Below are positions 1 through 11,950 of a stretch of 64,000 nucleotides of DNA, one piece after another; the first letter of the stretch is position 1; each line of letters opens with the position of its first letter. Under the pieces are notes generated by a model. The model searched no databases. It saw nothing but the letters and a program-made list of their open reading frames with translations, and was not told the origin of the DNA. The stretch comes from Nematostella vectensis. Lineage: Eukaryota. Made by a program: the position numbers and the translations under genes. The stretch covers positions 6,257,459 through 6,321,458 of the forward strand of contig NC_064039.1 in assembly GCF_932526225.1 (NCBI RefSeq), written 5' to 3'.

Positions 1-257
1 AGACTTGAGAGCGAGCGATCAAGACGAAGCGCTCGGTTTGCGCCAGGCTGGTAGAGCGGGTATAATCAAAGATTAAGAGACTGCACTGAACAAAGGCACG
101 TCGACAACACAAACCAAGCCCTTATCTATACAATCACATTTCATAAATTCATTAGCTTGTAACCCTTTGCTCTCCAACCAACCATTTGAGACCAGCATTT
201 ACGGGCAACAATATCGAGCTCTAGTTCATTACCAGACAAGACCAAACATACACAATA

Positions 258-3200
258 ATGTGGTCATTACGGACACACGGCACGGCGTACATCTTACTTC
301 TTCTAACGAACCAAGGTAAGAGAATAAAGATTGCCGTACAAGAGATGGTATAGCCGTGCTGTATTTAACCTACAGATTGCATTTTTGCATGCGATGATCG
401 TAAAACCAACACTCGCTCAGTTAGCAATAAAAATCCAGGATAAGAGGATTTTATTGGTTATTCACACCGTTATTTTAGTGTGTGTTACAGCTGTCAATAA
501 TGGTTTGTGAGTTCTCACCGTGTGATCACAAAAACTCAGTTTTTCAGGGTCTAGGGAAGACGGACTTGGCCCTTGACTTAGATAACGGACGTGTTTATGG
601 AGGAAACCCTTACATAAAAATCCTCGATTCCCCCGGACCCTCTCATAAGCAAAGATGCTCTTCCCAGGCGCTTATCCGCTTGGACTTCAGCGGCCCTTAT
701 AAGAGAGTGAAGTTTGAATTATTCTATGGCGCGGAACCGAAACAATGGACGTTTTTGCTTTCCGATTCTCCGGCTGCGTACGGGTTTGGTGGTGACCACA
801 AGTACACCAGTAACTGTGCATCAATGCAGATCTTCAACAAACAGTTACGAATTTACAGCAACGTATTGCCGAATTACCGGAGACACAGCCTAAACGGCCA
901 ATCCCTCATGGATGTTATAGATGATGTGGTTAACAAAGGAACGAATATGACAGTCAACGCAAGCGATGAGATGCTTGCTTGGAAAACCAGAAGTGAGAAC
1001 TGGACTGAAGGTGACAGAATCCACAGCCCTTATTTGTTCACACTGGCTGGACAACAAACCGACTACGGGCCGAGAGAATATTTTCTTTACGTTGCGTTCA
1101 ACAGAGTTCCGTTAGGTGAATTTCATAATGGTTCCGGTCTCTGCCAAGTTCGTATTAACTTCAAAAGAAAACCAGGTTAGTAAAGGTGAAAGCTTTCAGC
1201 TTTAATTTTGTTTTCTTTTGCTAATTGTTGTTCTTTGTATTGAGCTTGCGCTTAACGCACTCGACTTGTGTTATTTCTATTGACTCAGTCACTGTGTCTG
1301 GAGGGGGGTTCTCAGCTTATTCACACTTAATCGGAAGTGAGACAAACAAACGCAGCATTAGCGTAGTTTAATTTAAACAAACAATAACATTATGGATTAT
1401 TGATGTTTATAAGCACTGTGTTTATCACGCGTCTAATAGAGATTCATGCCAACGTAGCGCGGAGAAGAGAGATATTAACGCTCGTTAGCACATCAGAACA
1501 GACAGACACATTATACGGGGAATAGATCAAAGAACAGCCCCATATATGATGATAGCTGTTAATACCATTAAGATTAGTGTAGGCACGAACTTCGTGCATT
1601 TATTAACAAGATATACGAGACCCCTTGGAGAAAATGCAGTTTATCTGTAAAAACTTGCGGGTCGAATTGCAAGGGAAAATCATTGAGGACATGAAGATAT
1701 TTTCTCGTTTATCTCTGATGATGTCGTCTGATACGGCGATAGGGAATGGCTATCTATGAGTGTGCTACTTCTACGTCAATTACACATATGGAAAATGTAA
1801 GACTAGAACTAACACCGAGCAAATTACAGACAGTCACTTAAATACGCATCTCCTTTACGTTGAACCATACGGAGCTAGTCTTGAGATAAGGGTTTATTTT
1901 TAGGCTCGAGTTGGATTAGCTTTCGTTGCGCTATGTTGGCGTTAGCCTTTAGTAGTTTATAGATTACAGCTCTATTAATTTGATGACCGGCGTAACGTGT
2001 CAAACTATGTTATTTAACTCTAATCATCCACTCCAGCAGAGGAATGCACAAGCAATTGCAACAATTTATCTCACGCATTTTTGTCGGGGAGCTTTTGTAA
2101 TCGCCACATGACAGTTTACGCCGCGTTGTCATGTTTCAGACTTCGAATGAACGCGCTAACAGGATCGATAATTCCGCCTGTGATTTTGTTACAAAAGCCT
2201 CCTGCCGAACAACAGTGTGCCGACAGAGACATGCAAACCAGATGAAAGAATGAATCGGGGACCAGGAGAGAAACTATGACAAAAAAGCGGCGGCAATTAC
2301 TGAACGCGTGCTCTCCCCCCAAATAACTAGAGCGTGGACATCCACAGATGGAAAAATAAACACCGCCATTATTAGACTGTGAACCAATTCTAGCTAAAAG
2401 CCGAGTGAATTTGGTGATGGCTATATAAAAGACGCTATTAGAAATACCGGTGTCGAAGCATTTTGTGTCTGAAATCGCTATTAAGTTTGGACGTTAGATC
2501 ATAATGAAAATTGAATCCATTTACTTGTACTTAGCGATGTGATACGAAACATGCGTTGTTCTTTTCGCGCGAGTATTTCGTCAACTATTTTCTATTGGCT
2601 TTGTGCGTAACTAAATCCATCTGGGTCTCTTTCAAGATCCGATGCTGGGGGGTCATGCCGTGCTTGCGACAGCGGGAGAGTCTGGAAATCTATGTTTCTC
2701 GTTTCACGACGAAATCAGGCCTTGGGACATGCGTCTCAAAACGACTTTTCTAGAAAATTACCTTCTCAAACTAGGGGATTTGCGCGCATTTAACAGATAA
2801 ACCACTTGAATTAACTAGAGAAGCTGATTTCCTAATGGAAAGGCTTTCTCTTTGAAGGAGCGATAAACCCTCCTTATAGACATCGGATTAATGCACTTAT
2901 TTAAAACACTGTTTTTCGAAAGCGTACTCATTACTGAATTCCGTCAACGCCAAAGACTTCGTTGTGAAGACTATAAATTAAAGCAAATTCATATTCTGAG
3001 TGTAGTTTTTTTGTTATTTGCTATATCAGGGATTGAAGAGTTCGTCACGAGGTGAAAATTGTCCTGTAGTTCACAAATTAGAAACTGCTTGACCTTTGAA
3101 AATGTGTACTCTACTAAAAGCTGAGAAAAACTCGAGGAATGAGGCGAGGAACTAAAAGAATGGAGATCAGGTCAACACACATAGGTTTTTTTGGGAGAAT

Positions 3201-6200
3201 ACGTTCGCCAAAATTAAACAATTGTTTAGTCAAAAAGAACACTTTAACTGACTGTGCCCATAATAATCGATCATATTTGGAAGATTAGAGCTCTATATTA
3301 TTTAACCTTTGAATAAGACTGCTACAATTACCTATTGTTGACAATATAAAACTTTATCTGATAAAAAAAGTATGGAAAATAGAATTTTACAAATCCATAA
3401 TACAGCTGTTACGCGCGTTTTTTCGCGCCAACTAAATTCCAATGCCCATATTTAGGATGAGTTGCTTCGTCTCGTTAAAAAAAGGATTAAAGTTAGTTTG
3501 TTTTTAAGAGGTCTGTCGAGGAGGTTTTGAAATACGCAGATTGAAGTTATTTTTCTCCAAAATGACAAAGCGTACTCCCTTTGCGATGCGAAAGCTAAAA
3601 TTTGCAACACAACGTTCCCATATCACTTGTCCCTCTGTCGTGAGAATTGCCCTTAAATGTCAAAGGGACGACTCGGGATTGATAAGAGGACTTTAGACGG
3701 TAAGCCTAGCGTTATAATTCCCCAAACCGGATCCATCGAGAAATCATCAAGTGAAAATCTTAAAATCAACTACCTTTTTTAGATCACTTGAGCTTCAGAA
3801 TGCTTTCGCGTTTGAGGTCAAGTAAGTTTTTACTTTATCCGTGTGAGTTTCTGCTATCTCTGCTTTGATAAAAGTGTCAATAGGAAATCGGGCTTAGCCG
3901 AGGATAACCTCTACGTTGTTACTTTTATAAGGATGGTGCAAATTAAAAATCACGGCATTTTTTTTTTACCGAACTCATTCATAATCCGCGCTTGTCGCTA
4001 AAAGTTGTCCCCAGAAGGAGGGGGTGGGGAGCTGGTGTAAGTTCAGGTTTTAAGCAACCAATCGTGAGCCGGAAAATACGTATTGGCATGACAGAAGGAT
4101 CACATTAACGGAGTCAATCTCCCTTGAACCAATAGAAAGTCTATTACCCAAACCATTTTTATCCCTCTTATATTTTATAGTTTTCTTTATAACAATGATT
4201 AATGAATTACATAAAAATGAGATAAAAGAAAGATAAAGAAAATCTAACCACACAGGAAGTCGTAATCTTTAGGTGGGTCAATGAATTGCACATTTGTTCA
4301 ACACTAAGGAGATGCCTCTGAACGCACTTCCGCTTCCGCTGTTTTCAAGTTATGTCCTTAGTGATTAACTGGCTGCTTTATTCATTGTTTTCTCGTATTA
4401 TTAGATAAAAACGTTTGCGCACAAAAATTCCATCTTTGCCCTAAGCACTAAAAAAAGTTCTTGTTGCAATGAACTGGCTGCTACTCGACTAATGATTTTC
4501 TCTTATTTTAGGTCCGATTCATACGTCGCGCTCCAGCCGTACTGAATCTAATTGTCTATTTGTATCCACACAAATACTTCGGGCTTAACGTTGATTCGGA
4601 CGTCGCACTCAATATGTCGCGAGTATTAAAAGTTGACTCGATACAGAGTTTCTTTTGCCAAAAGTAAAACAAACATGGTAATCGATTCATCACATTTAAA
4701 GCTCGACGTTTGAATCGGGGTCGTGCTTTTGCCGTGCAGCACAACTGGTGCAGCCGCGCTTAGTGCCGTGCCGAACTCAATTCTGCCGTTCCGAACTTAT
4801 GTGCGCAATTCAAACAAGTGGATTCGGCACAGTAGGAGCGCGACGTAGAAATCGGGCCTTAGATGCGACTGCACAAAGAATAACTACTAACCTTTGTCAT
4901 ATGAATGCAAAGTCCTACTAACTGGTTACGGTACGGTATTGGGTACTCTTATTCGCAGATAACAGCGTTTGCGCAAAGATTCGCCACCTTTGCCATAAGC
5001 ACGCGGATTGCAGAAATACAGATGCTGGCTACCGGTGCATGTGCAAACCAGGCTTTGTCGGCAATGGAGTCAGCTCGTGCAAAGGCAAGTCAATCAATGT
5101 CAGAGAATGAGGAAATCGCAGAAATTAGTAGTGGAAAGGGGCGGGAAAGAGGGGAGACGGGAAGGGAAAAAGCGATAATGAAAACTGTCACGGGGTATAC
5201 TATGCTGTCGCAGCACAGGCCCGGAGCCAGGATTTTAAGCGGGGGGTTTCGTTTAACCATAAAACGGACCATTTTCTCTAAGGTAGCTCATCCTAGCTCG
5301 CAGTTCAATTTTCCTTCATCAGAGCGGACCTTCCAGTCGTGTGGGACCCCCCTGGCTACGGGCCTGCAGCAGATCTAGTAGCATAGGTTAGGCATAGGTA
5401 CGTGGCGTGACGTGACAGGGTGGAGGTCGTGCGATGTTGAGTGGCGTGACTTTTTAGTGATGACACAATGAACATGTTTGATAGTTGACACTACGTGACA
5501 CTAAGTGACATGATATGACAGTATAAAATATAGAGAATAATTAATGTAAAACACCGATGTGCCAGGTGACTCACGTGACGCGAATAACATGATTGGGTAA
5601 CTTGAAAGTATTTCGTGACAACGGCGTGGTGAGTCTTTCGCGAAACAACAAGAGACGTGACATGGCAGTGTGACATGTGGCGCGGCAGTCGTGATGCTAG
5701 CAGGTCATTCATAAGTGCTATGGATGTCGTGACGAGTGTGACCGTCACGCGTAACGCGCGACACTGTTCTTTATAGATTTGGATGAGTGCGAGTTGAATA
5801 ATGGTGATTGCCAGCAATCCTGCCATAACTTGGAAGGAAGCTACATCTGCAGATGTAATAGAGGATACACACTGCTCCCTAACGGCCGAGACTGTACTGG
5901 TAAGTATCACTATCCAGACAGACGTAAAATGTTTAGTATTAATGTTTAGTTTGCAATATTTTTTTTTATCATGATTGTACAGAGAGGAGCCCTGGAAGCA
6001 ATTTGATCAGTCAGAGAATTCGCTTGAGATTCCATGTGGGACAGTGCGCAAAACGCAAATGGAGAAAGCTATTTCTGGACGAGCTGAAAAGTAAACTTCT
6101 CAGGTAAGGACTACACGAAAACCTTACATTTGAAAACCTTACATTTGAACACAACATTCAACAATAACGCCCTACAGAGGCGACTTTCATTATCTGATGA

Positions 6201-9200
6201 GACAGTTCAACGACCATGCGCGATACGTTACATTTCACACGAAAGCAAAGCTCCTTGAGCAGCAACGCATACTCTGTCTATACAGCGCTTTTGTAGTAGA
6301 TATACGCTATTTCTCATAGAGTTTCGAAAATCCTTTTGAGCCCCTCACTTTTAGGCCAGCTCTGCAGCCCTTGATAGCAACTACATGGTGGAAAAAAATC
6401 TTCAACGAATCAATTTCTATTTATTCTCTGAACTTGTGCGTGATACTATAGTAGCTGCTGATTAAACTCTGTTTTTTTTATCGTAAATAAACTTACTAAA
6501 TTCTTCGCATACCATGAACTTGAAAACACTTTTTTGTCTTGTTGCAGTCGGCAGGTGTGTAAGTTCCCCTGCGCCATCCACGGCTTGTCGCTCAAATGCC
6601 GATCAAGGAGAACTGAGATGGTGGCTAACTTCGAGTTCAGACTTGACGAGAGTGTTATCTTCACGTCTCGCTTGTGTAACAATAGCTGCCTGCGATGCGA
6701 GGTAGAGAAAGGACTGCAGAAGTTCATAGCGGACTTGAGGCAGCTTGCTTCCAGTGATAAGTTCAACGTGACCCTGTCGGGTCAGGTTTTTACGGTCAAC
6801 GGAAAACCCATAAAAGTACCACGACTGCGCAACGCCTGTCCTCAAGGAAGACGGCGCAAAAACAAAAGACTCGGTAAGCGAATGACTTCAATGATAGTAC
6901 TATACATTTCCATCGCCCATATGTGTGAGTAAAGCGAGCCCTATCCTCGGGGACCCAGGGCGTTTCGGAGATCGGGCACACAGGGAGCGCGCGAAAAGAA
7001 AGACCTGTGTGCCCGATCTCCGCGACGCCCTGGGTCCCCGAGGATGAGCGAGCCCCATGGCGGCTGTGTTGTAGGCGCCCCCATCGTCAAAGGGAGGGGA
7101 GACGAGGGAGGGACTTTTTAGCTCCCCGTGCAATCGAAAGGATGCAAAGCTAAAGACTCTCTATAGGCAGAGAGGTAGCAAAACTGCAAAGCATTGGTGC
7201 ACGCCGACATTGGGAGATAAACATCATTCCCCTTTCACGCTTGAGCTTGGCTATCCTTTATGTCTCATATTCAGGATACGATAGCCACACCCCTAGCCAA
7301 AATCACGGATAGCCACACCCCTAACCATACTCACGGAAAGCCACACCCCTAACAATACTCATGGAAAGCCACACCTCTAACCACACTCACGGATAGCCAC
7401 ACCCCTAACCATACACACGGATAGCCACACCATAATACTCACGGATAGCCACACCCCTAACCATACCTACGGATAGCCACACCCCTAACCAGGCTCACGG
7501 ATAGCCACACGCCTAACTATATTCACGGATGGCCACTTTCCTAACCATACTCACGGATGGCATGGATTGTCGTTGCAGCTGGATGCCATCCTGGTATGTA
7601 CTTTGACATCTTCCTGCGGAGATGTGTCAATTGCACACGAGGATCCTTCCAGCCTCAACGCTCGGAGACCTTCTGCTTTCGCTGTCCTGGCAACAAGACG
7701 ACGCTGTACTCTGGCGCACGTGACCTGTCTCAGTGTAGAGGTATATGCGAGCAATATATAAAGGGGAAAACGAAAATCGGAAAAGAAAACCATTTATGTT
7801 GCTAACAGCAAGTAGGACAATAGTTTCCTATGGTAGAAAACATCTCATATATTATTGTATGCCTGCCTCACTTATAAAGAGGCGTAGCCAAGGGGTGGCC
7901 TAGGGGGACCCCCCCCCCCCTCTAGCAGCCAAAAATACAGTAAATGTATGAAACATTATCTAAAATACAGGAGAAAATGCCTTGAAAGGGCCTTTTGGGC
8001 CCCCTCCTGTTTAAAATCCTGGCTACGCCGCTGCTTATATTATGTCCAAGCCAGATTAGCCTACGTGTAGCCGCTGACTCGCGAAACAGCGGCTACACGT
8101 AGGCTAAAGCCAGATAGGCCACATAAATAAATTGCACATCCAGACACTAGGCTTACGGGGGTACTGCACATCTTGTCACTTCTGTAATACTTGCATTGCC
8201 TGTCCAGGGATTATAGAGTGCCAACACAGGAATTACACAGTGCCTGAAATAATAAATGGTGGGATCAGAATTTTGCACTATATAAACACCAAGCTGCATG
8301 TCCTTTTTTGTCTTGTAGACAAAGATAATAATACTATTTCGGGCTGTATATTAGCCACGCATTATGTGTGTTGGGGGAGGGGGCAGAATTTGTAAACGAT
8401 TTGTTGAATGTAGCTCCTAACCTTATTAAAGTATCTGCCAAAATTGGCTTGCAAGTACTGATTGGCTCAGAATGGTTTTACTGACGACACAGAAAACCAA
8501 AACAAATCGTGTTTGAAAAAAGCGGGTCGCGATACAACGGATTCGACAGTAATGTATGCACTCTCTTTGTTTCCATAGAAACAAAATGCGGTGGAAACCT
8601 GACATCAATGTCAGGCGTCATAACATCCCCAAACTACCCCGACGCCTACCCTCGCTTCCTGGAATGTACCTGGACAATCCATCCGCGAAGAGGGCGCAAC
8701 ATCTTGCTTCTTATTCCAAGTATCTCGCTTCCGACCACGCCCGACTGCTCGGACTATCTGACGATGCGGGAGAGTTCGAGTCCTTACTCTGTGTTTACAT
8801 ATTACGCGTGTGAGTCCTTCGATCAGCCCGTGGCGTTAGTGTCACGCTCCAAGAACCTCCATATCAAGTTTAAGTCGAGCCAGAACAGCATGGCGGAGGG
8901 ATTCAAAATATTTTATGTCACATTTGAAGGTAGGTGTCCTTTCCTTAGCTACGCACGTTTGGGTTCTTTGATTAAAAACAACAGCATTTTTACCTGTGTT
9001 TTTTAGAGCGTTTCAGGAACATTGTGAAACACATCGTTGAAGACGGGGAGTTGTATGCAAATGAAACAAACAGACGACTGCTTCAGGTGGGAACAACAAT
9101 ATCAAATTGTTTGACTAGACAGGTCCCTGGACATTGAAAGTTTTCTTGTCGGCTGTAAAAGTCCAGCATTTCTCAATTCTTTTAAATTTTGTTATCTCAG

Positions 9201-9857
9201 GTACGGAGTGGAATCCCTCACTTTGTTCAAGCATTCACCATTTCTCAAGCCCTTATAATTTTGTCAATCTCAGGGACGGATCCAGGGTTGAACCCGTTTT
9301 ATATGAAAAATTTCAGGTTACACTTTATCCTCGACCTCCTTTAATCGTTCAATTGTTTGCAAGTCTTTGTTATAGTCACCTCCCCCTCAGGTTGTCAAGA
9401 TCAGCCTTACTATATAAAGGCCTCCCCATAAAACAATGCTGAGTGTTATGGGACTCCAGGCACGAGGCAAAGAGCGGGGCTCTGGGCCCGTATCCCCTCC
9501 CAATATTTTCAGAATTGTAAGGAATGGACCAGTAAGGGCGTGGCTGTGCCCTCCAATATTTTCTTAATGTTTTTGTATCGTGCCCCCAATATTTAGAGGC
9601 CTGCTACAGGTCTACACTGCCATGATGGTAACTCGATCAATTTTAATTCTCTTTGACAGGATGAGACTCTTGTGCGCCAAATTCTGGACGTGATAGTAGA
9701 CCCATCGAGCTTTGAATATTCAATCAGCTCCAATCGCTTACACAGCAAGATTCCAAGTGGATTGCTAAAGTTCATTGAAAATAAAGTGTACGACTTTTTC
9801 TCGAACGTCAGTCCTTACAGGAAAAAGCGAGCAACACAGAGATCAACTTTCGTCTGA
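258..9857 (+). CDS. SCUBE-like secreted protein gene, multi-exon (unknown N-terminal domain, EGF, cbEGF, spacer, GCC2/GCC3-type Cys-rich repeat, CUB, SCUBE-type C-terminal tail)
   Basis: Exons were read from ORF frames plus splice consensus; phases are consistent from exon 2 onward. Exons: 479/491..1175; 4959..5084 (EGF: CAKIRHLCHKHADCRNTDAGYRCMCKPGFVGNG; GC-AG donor AAG|GCAAGT); 5777..5899 (cbEGF: DLDECELNNGDCQQSCHNLEGSYICRCNRGY); 5983..6103; 6548..6873; 7579..7740 (GCHPGMYFD..CVNCTRGSFQ..FCFRCPGNKTT); 8579..8929 (CUB: CGGNLTSMSGVITSPNYPDAYPRFLECTWTI); 9007..9086; 9660..9857 (TGA). 258..315 (MWSLRTHGTAYILLLLTNQ, donor AAG|GTAAGA) looks like a signal-peptide exon. Its phase (1) does not fit the acceptors at 478 or 490, so the 5' end is unresolved. 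Confidence 0.7.
4511..4858. mobile_element. MITE with ~40-bp TIRs and TTA target duplication (PIF/Harbinger-like), in a SCUBE-like intron
   Basis: The left end GGTCCGATTCATACGTCGCGCTCCAGCCGTACTGAATC pairs with the reverse complement of the right end GGCCCGATTTCTACGTCGCGCTCCTACTGTGCCGAATCC. TTA flanks both sides (4508..4510 and 4859..4861). Confidence 0.65.
5218..5364. mobile_element. MITE-like element with GGCC(C/G)(G/T)AGCCAGG termini
   Basis: The left end is GGCCCGGAGCCAGGATTTTAAGCGGGGGG and the right end is CCCCCCTGGCTACGGGCC. It appears to be the same family as 7881..8029. Confidence 0.45.
7270..7556. repeat. 28-bp minisatellite (CACGGATAGCCACACCCCTAACCATACT), ~10 copies
   Basis: Direct tandem copies in the intron just before the GCC2/GCC3 exon. 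The left breakpoint of the segmental duplication falls in its last units. Confidence 0.9.
7881..8029. mobile_element. MITE-like element (GGCGTAGCCAAGG ... CCTGGCTACGCC); second copy at 12323..12465 within the duplication
   Basis: It has 12-13-bp terminal inverted repeats. Its internal CCAGGATTTTAAACAGGAGGGGG resembles the end of 5218..5364. Confidence 0.4.
8057..8106. repeat. Perfect 20-bp-stem hairpin (TAGCCTACGTGTAGCCGCTG / CAGCGGCTACACGTAGGCTA); duplicate at 12493..12542
   Basis: Exact inverted repeat with a 10-nt loop, flanked by GCCAGAT direct repeats. Confidence 0.85.
9475..9606 (+). repeat. Dispersed ~135-bp repeat family (SINE/MITE-like); other copies at 13901..14031 (+) and 26201..26338 (-)
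   Basis: The copies share the blocks CCAATATTTTCA(G/A)AATT(G/A)TAAGGAA, CCAA(A)TATTTTCTTAATGTT.TTGTAT.GTGCCCCC and GGCCTGCTA. Confidence 0.6.
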
Positions 9858-11950
9858 TTCGTTACCTGTTTGTAGTGTTCAATTACAAGTAGTTGGCTCT
9901 GTCCTCAGTTAGGAGCTTAATAGGACAAGTGATCATAGGAAACGATCAATAAACGACGGGCATTAAAAGGGTATTGGAAGCAGAAAGACAGATCTAGGAA
10001 CTGGAATGTGTTTCCAAATGACTTTAGTGGCCTTTAAGCCTTGGCACACTGTAAGCAGACAGATGGGTATTATGATACTTCCTAGAATAAGTTATAGGGG
10101 TCAGAGATGACAAGAGAATAATAAGAGTAGAGAAAATACAGAATGGAGCTCTTCCTACAGCTTATGAAAAGCCAATTTTGAAGTTGAGTATACTAGAATT
10201 ATGTGAATTTTACAAAGGGACTCAGTTTAGCTCGATAGTGCTAGACAGTGATTAGTTTGTATGGATTTTATTGTTTTAATACTGACAGATATAGAATGGA
10301 TTCAACTGAGATAAAGCCAGAAGTTGATACTAAATGAAAGACATTTCCCTAAGTAAAACCACACAAAGGACACATTTTCTTTTTTAAGAGTAGTAGACCT
10401 AGGCAAGACCCTCTGGGTCAACCAGTAATCATGGCTAAGATATCAGATACCATAAAGGCCTGTCATGTTAATTTTACTAAATTAAAATAAATAGATAAAT
10501 ACTGTTAAGGATTAAACTGCAAGTTTATCACCCCCCCTCCCCCCAAAAAAGCATTGTATTTTTGTAGAAACATTGGTTGATATACTTTATCTATGGGTCT
10601 GATTCTGAGAGGCTGGGTTGTGTTCTAATTAGGACACAAGCACAATGCAAACATTTGTTTCCATTTTGAAATGGGAATGTAAGTGAACACAATCTGGTTG
10701 ATGTCCTTGCATTTTGTGCTTAACTGTATCATTAAGTGAGACAAGATTTCTTTTACATTTATCTAGTACATATTAAGCATGTTTACAGTTCTTATGAGAC
10801 CATATAAGGTTTATTACAAAGTAGACCTTTTACAATTTATCAGACTTGAGCTTGTACATAAAATAAAGTTAAACAAATACAAGAAAAAGCTTGCAAAAAA
10901 AAAACAATGACTTCATTTATTGGGCACAACTTCTTAATGCACTTGTGTAATATTGCCAACAGCCACACCCGCCACAATTGTAAATAAATCTGCTTTGATA
11001 CCTAGTCCTTTATGGGAGATTGTGGCTCTGACTTAAAAGTCTATAAGCGGTTTCTCCTTTCTATAAGTGACTATAGGTTCATTAAAGATTCTAGCCGTAT
11101 GAGGCTGAGATCCGTGATAAGTTGCCAGTTTTTTATAAGAATCTTTAGAAGATTCTGCTTAGCCGGGTGGAACCTCATGACAAAATGTTTAGATTCGTTT
11201 ATTAGATGCCATGTTTGCCTCAAAACGCATTTTGCCTGTCCGTGAATTCAACACTCGCCGTTATGTATGTTGTGAAATCGCGTAACCGTATCTAGAATGA
11301 GTTGCGGATTTCGGCTTAGAAGGTGGCAAGTGAGGGATTTGTTCTCAAAGGAGGCCATCTCCCTAGACACAAACCCTTCTTATAACTAAGAGGGTGGCAA
11401 GAGGAGGGAATGCGTGTACTGAAAAGTTTCCTTAAGCTATGGACATCAAGGATATTTAAATCAATGAATCTTTCGCCCTTTTATAGACTTCTGATGAAGT
11501 AAATAAAGTGTGTAGTGTCTTTGAGATTACTCGAGATTACACTTTTGCTTGAGCGTTATATGCCGACGATATACGCTAGACGTGGTTTATGAGGTGACAA
11601 AAACTTTAGGTGACATATTATATGTCTTTGTAGTGGAATTTGTCGTTCTTTAATGTTTCACGTCTATAGGAGCGTTGCTCGACCTGACATAAGCGCTTTC
11701 TTTGTGCATGTTAAGTTTCTTAGAGTTATTTAGGACATATCTGCAGTACAGCTCACTCCTCAGTTTTAATAGATTTCTTAAAATCAAACAGGAAGATTTG
11801 AGGCTGCCGAGAATCGCCACTGTAACTCGTAGAATTCAAAGTGCACTTTGGCTAAATCTGGCTTTTTCTGAGAGAGGGCTCGCTCATCTCGTCTAAGGTG
11901 CCTTCCGATGTCATCGTTTGATGAAAAATCGGCGGGCGGTTATAGCGTTT

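Larger units (their letters stand above)
7510..10937 (+). repeat. Segmental duplication, copy A (~3.4 kb)
   Basis: Nearly identical to 11951..15367, at an offset of 4426-4444 bp caused by small indels such as poly-C length at ~7910 and a 10-bp indel after the CUB exon. Confidence 0.9.

Noticed and set aside
5491-5910. 139-aa minus-strand ORF
   Set aside because: It overlaps the plus-strand cbEGF exon (5777..5899) and GT-rich intron sequence. It has no homology signal or splice support.
8132-8395. Cys-rich 87-aa ORF (CTSCHFCNTCIACPG..), duplicated at 12568..12831, as a possible extra Cys-rich exon of the SCUBE-like gene
   Set aside because: No in-phase acceptor/donor pair links it to the phase-1 exons on either side, and its Cys spacing does not match the GCC2/GCC3 or EGF patterns. 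I treat it as intronic.
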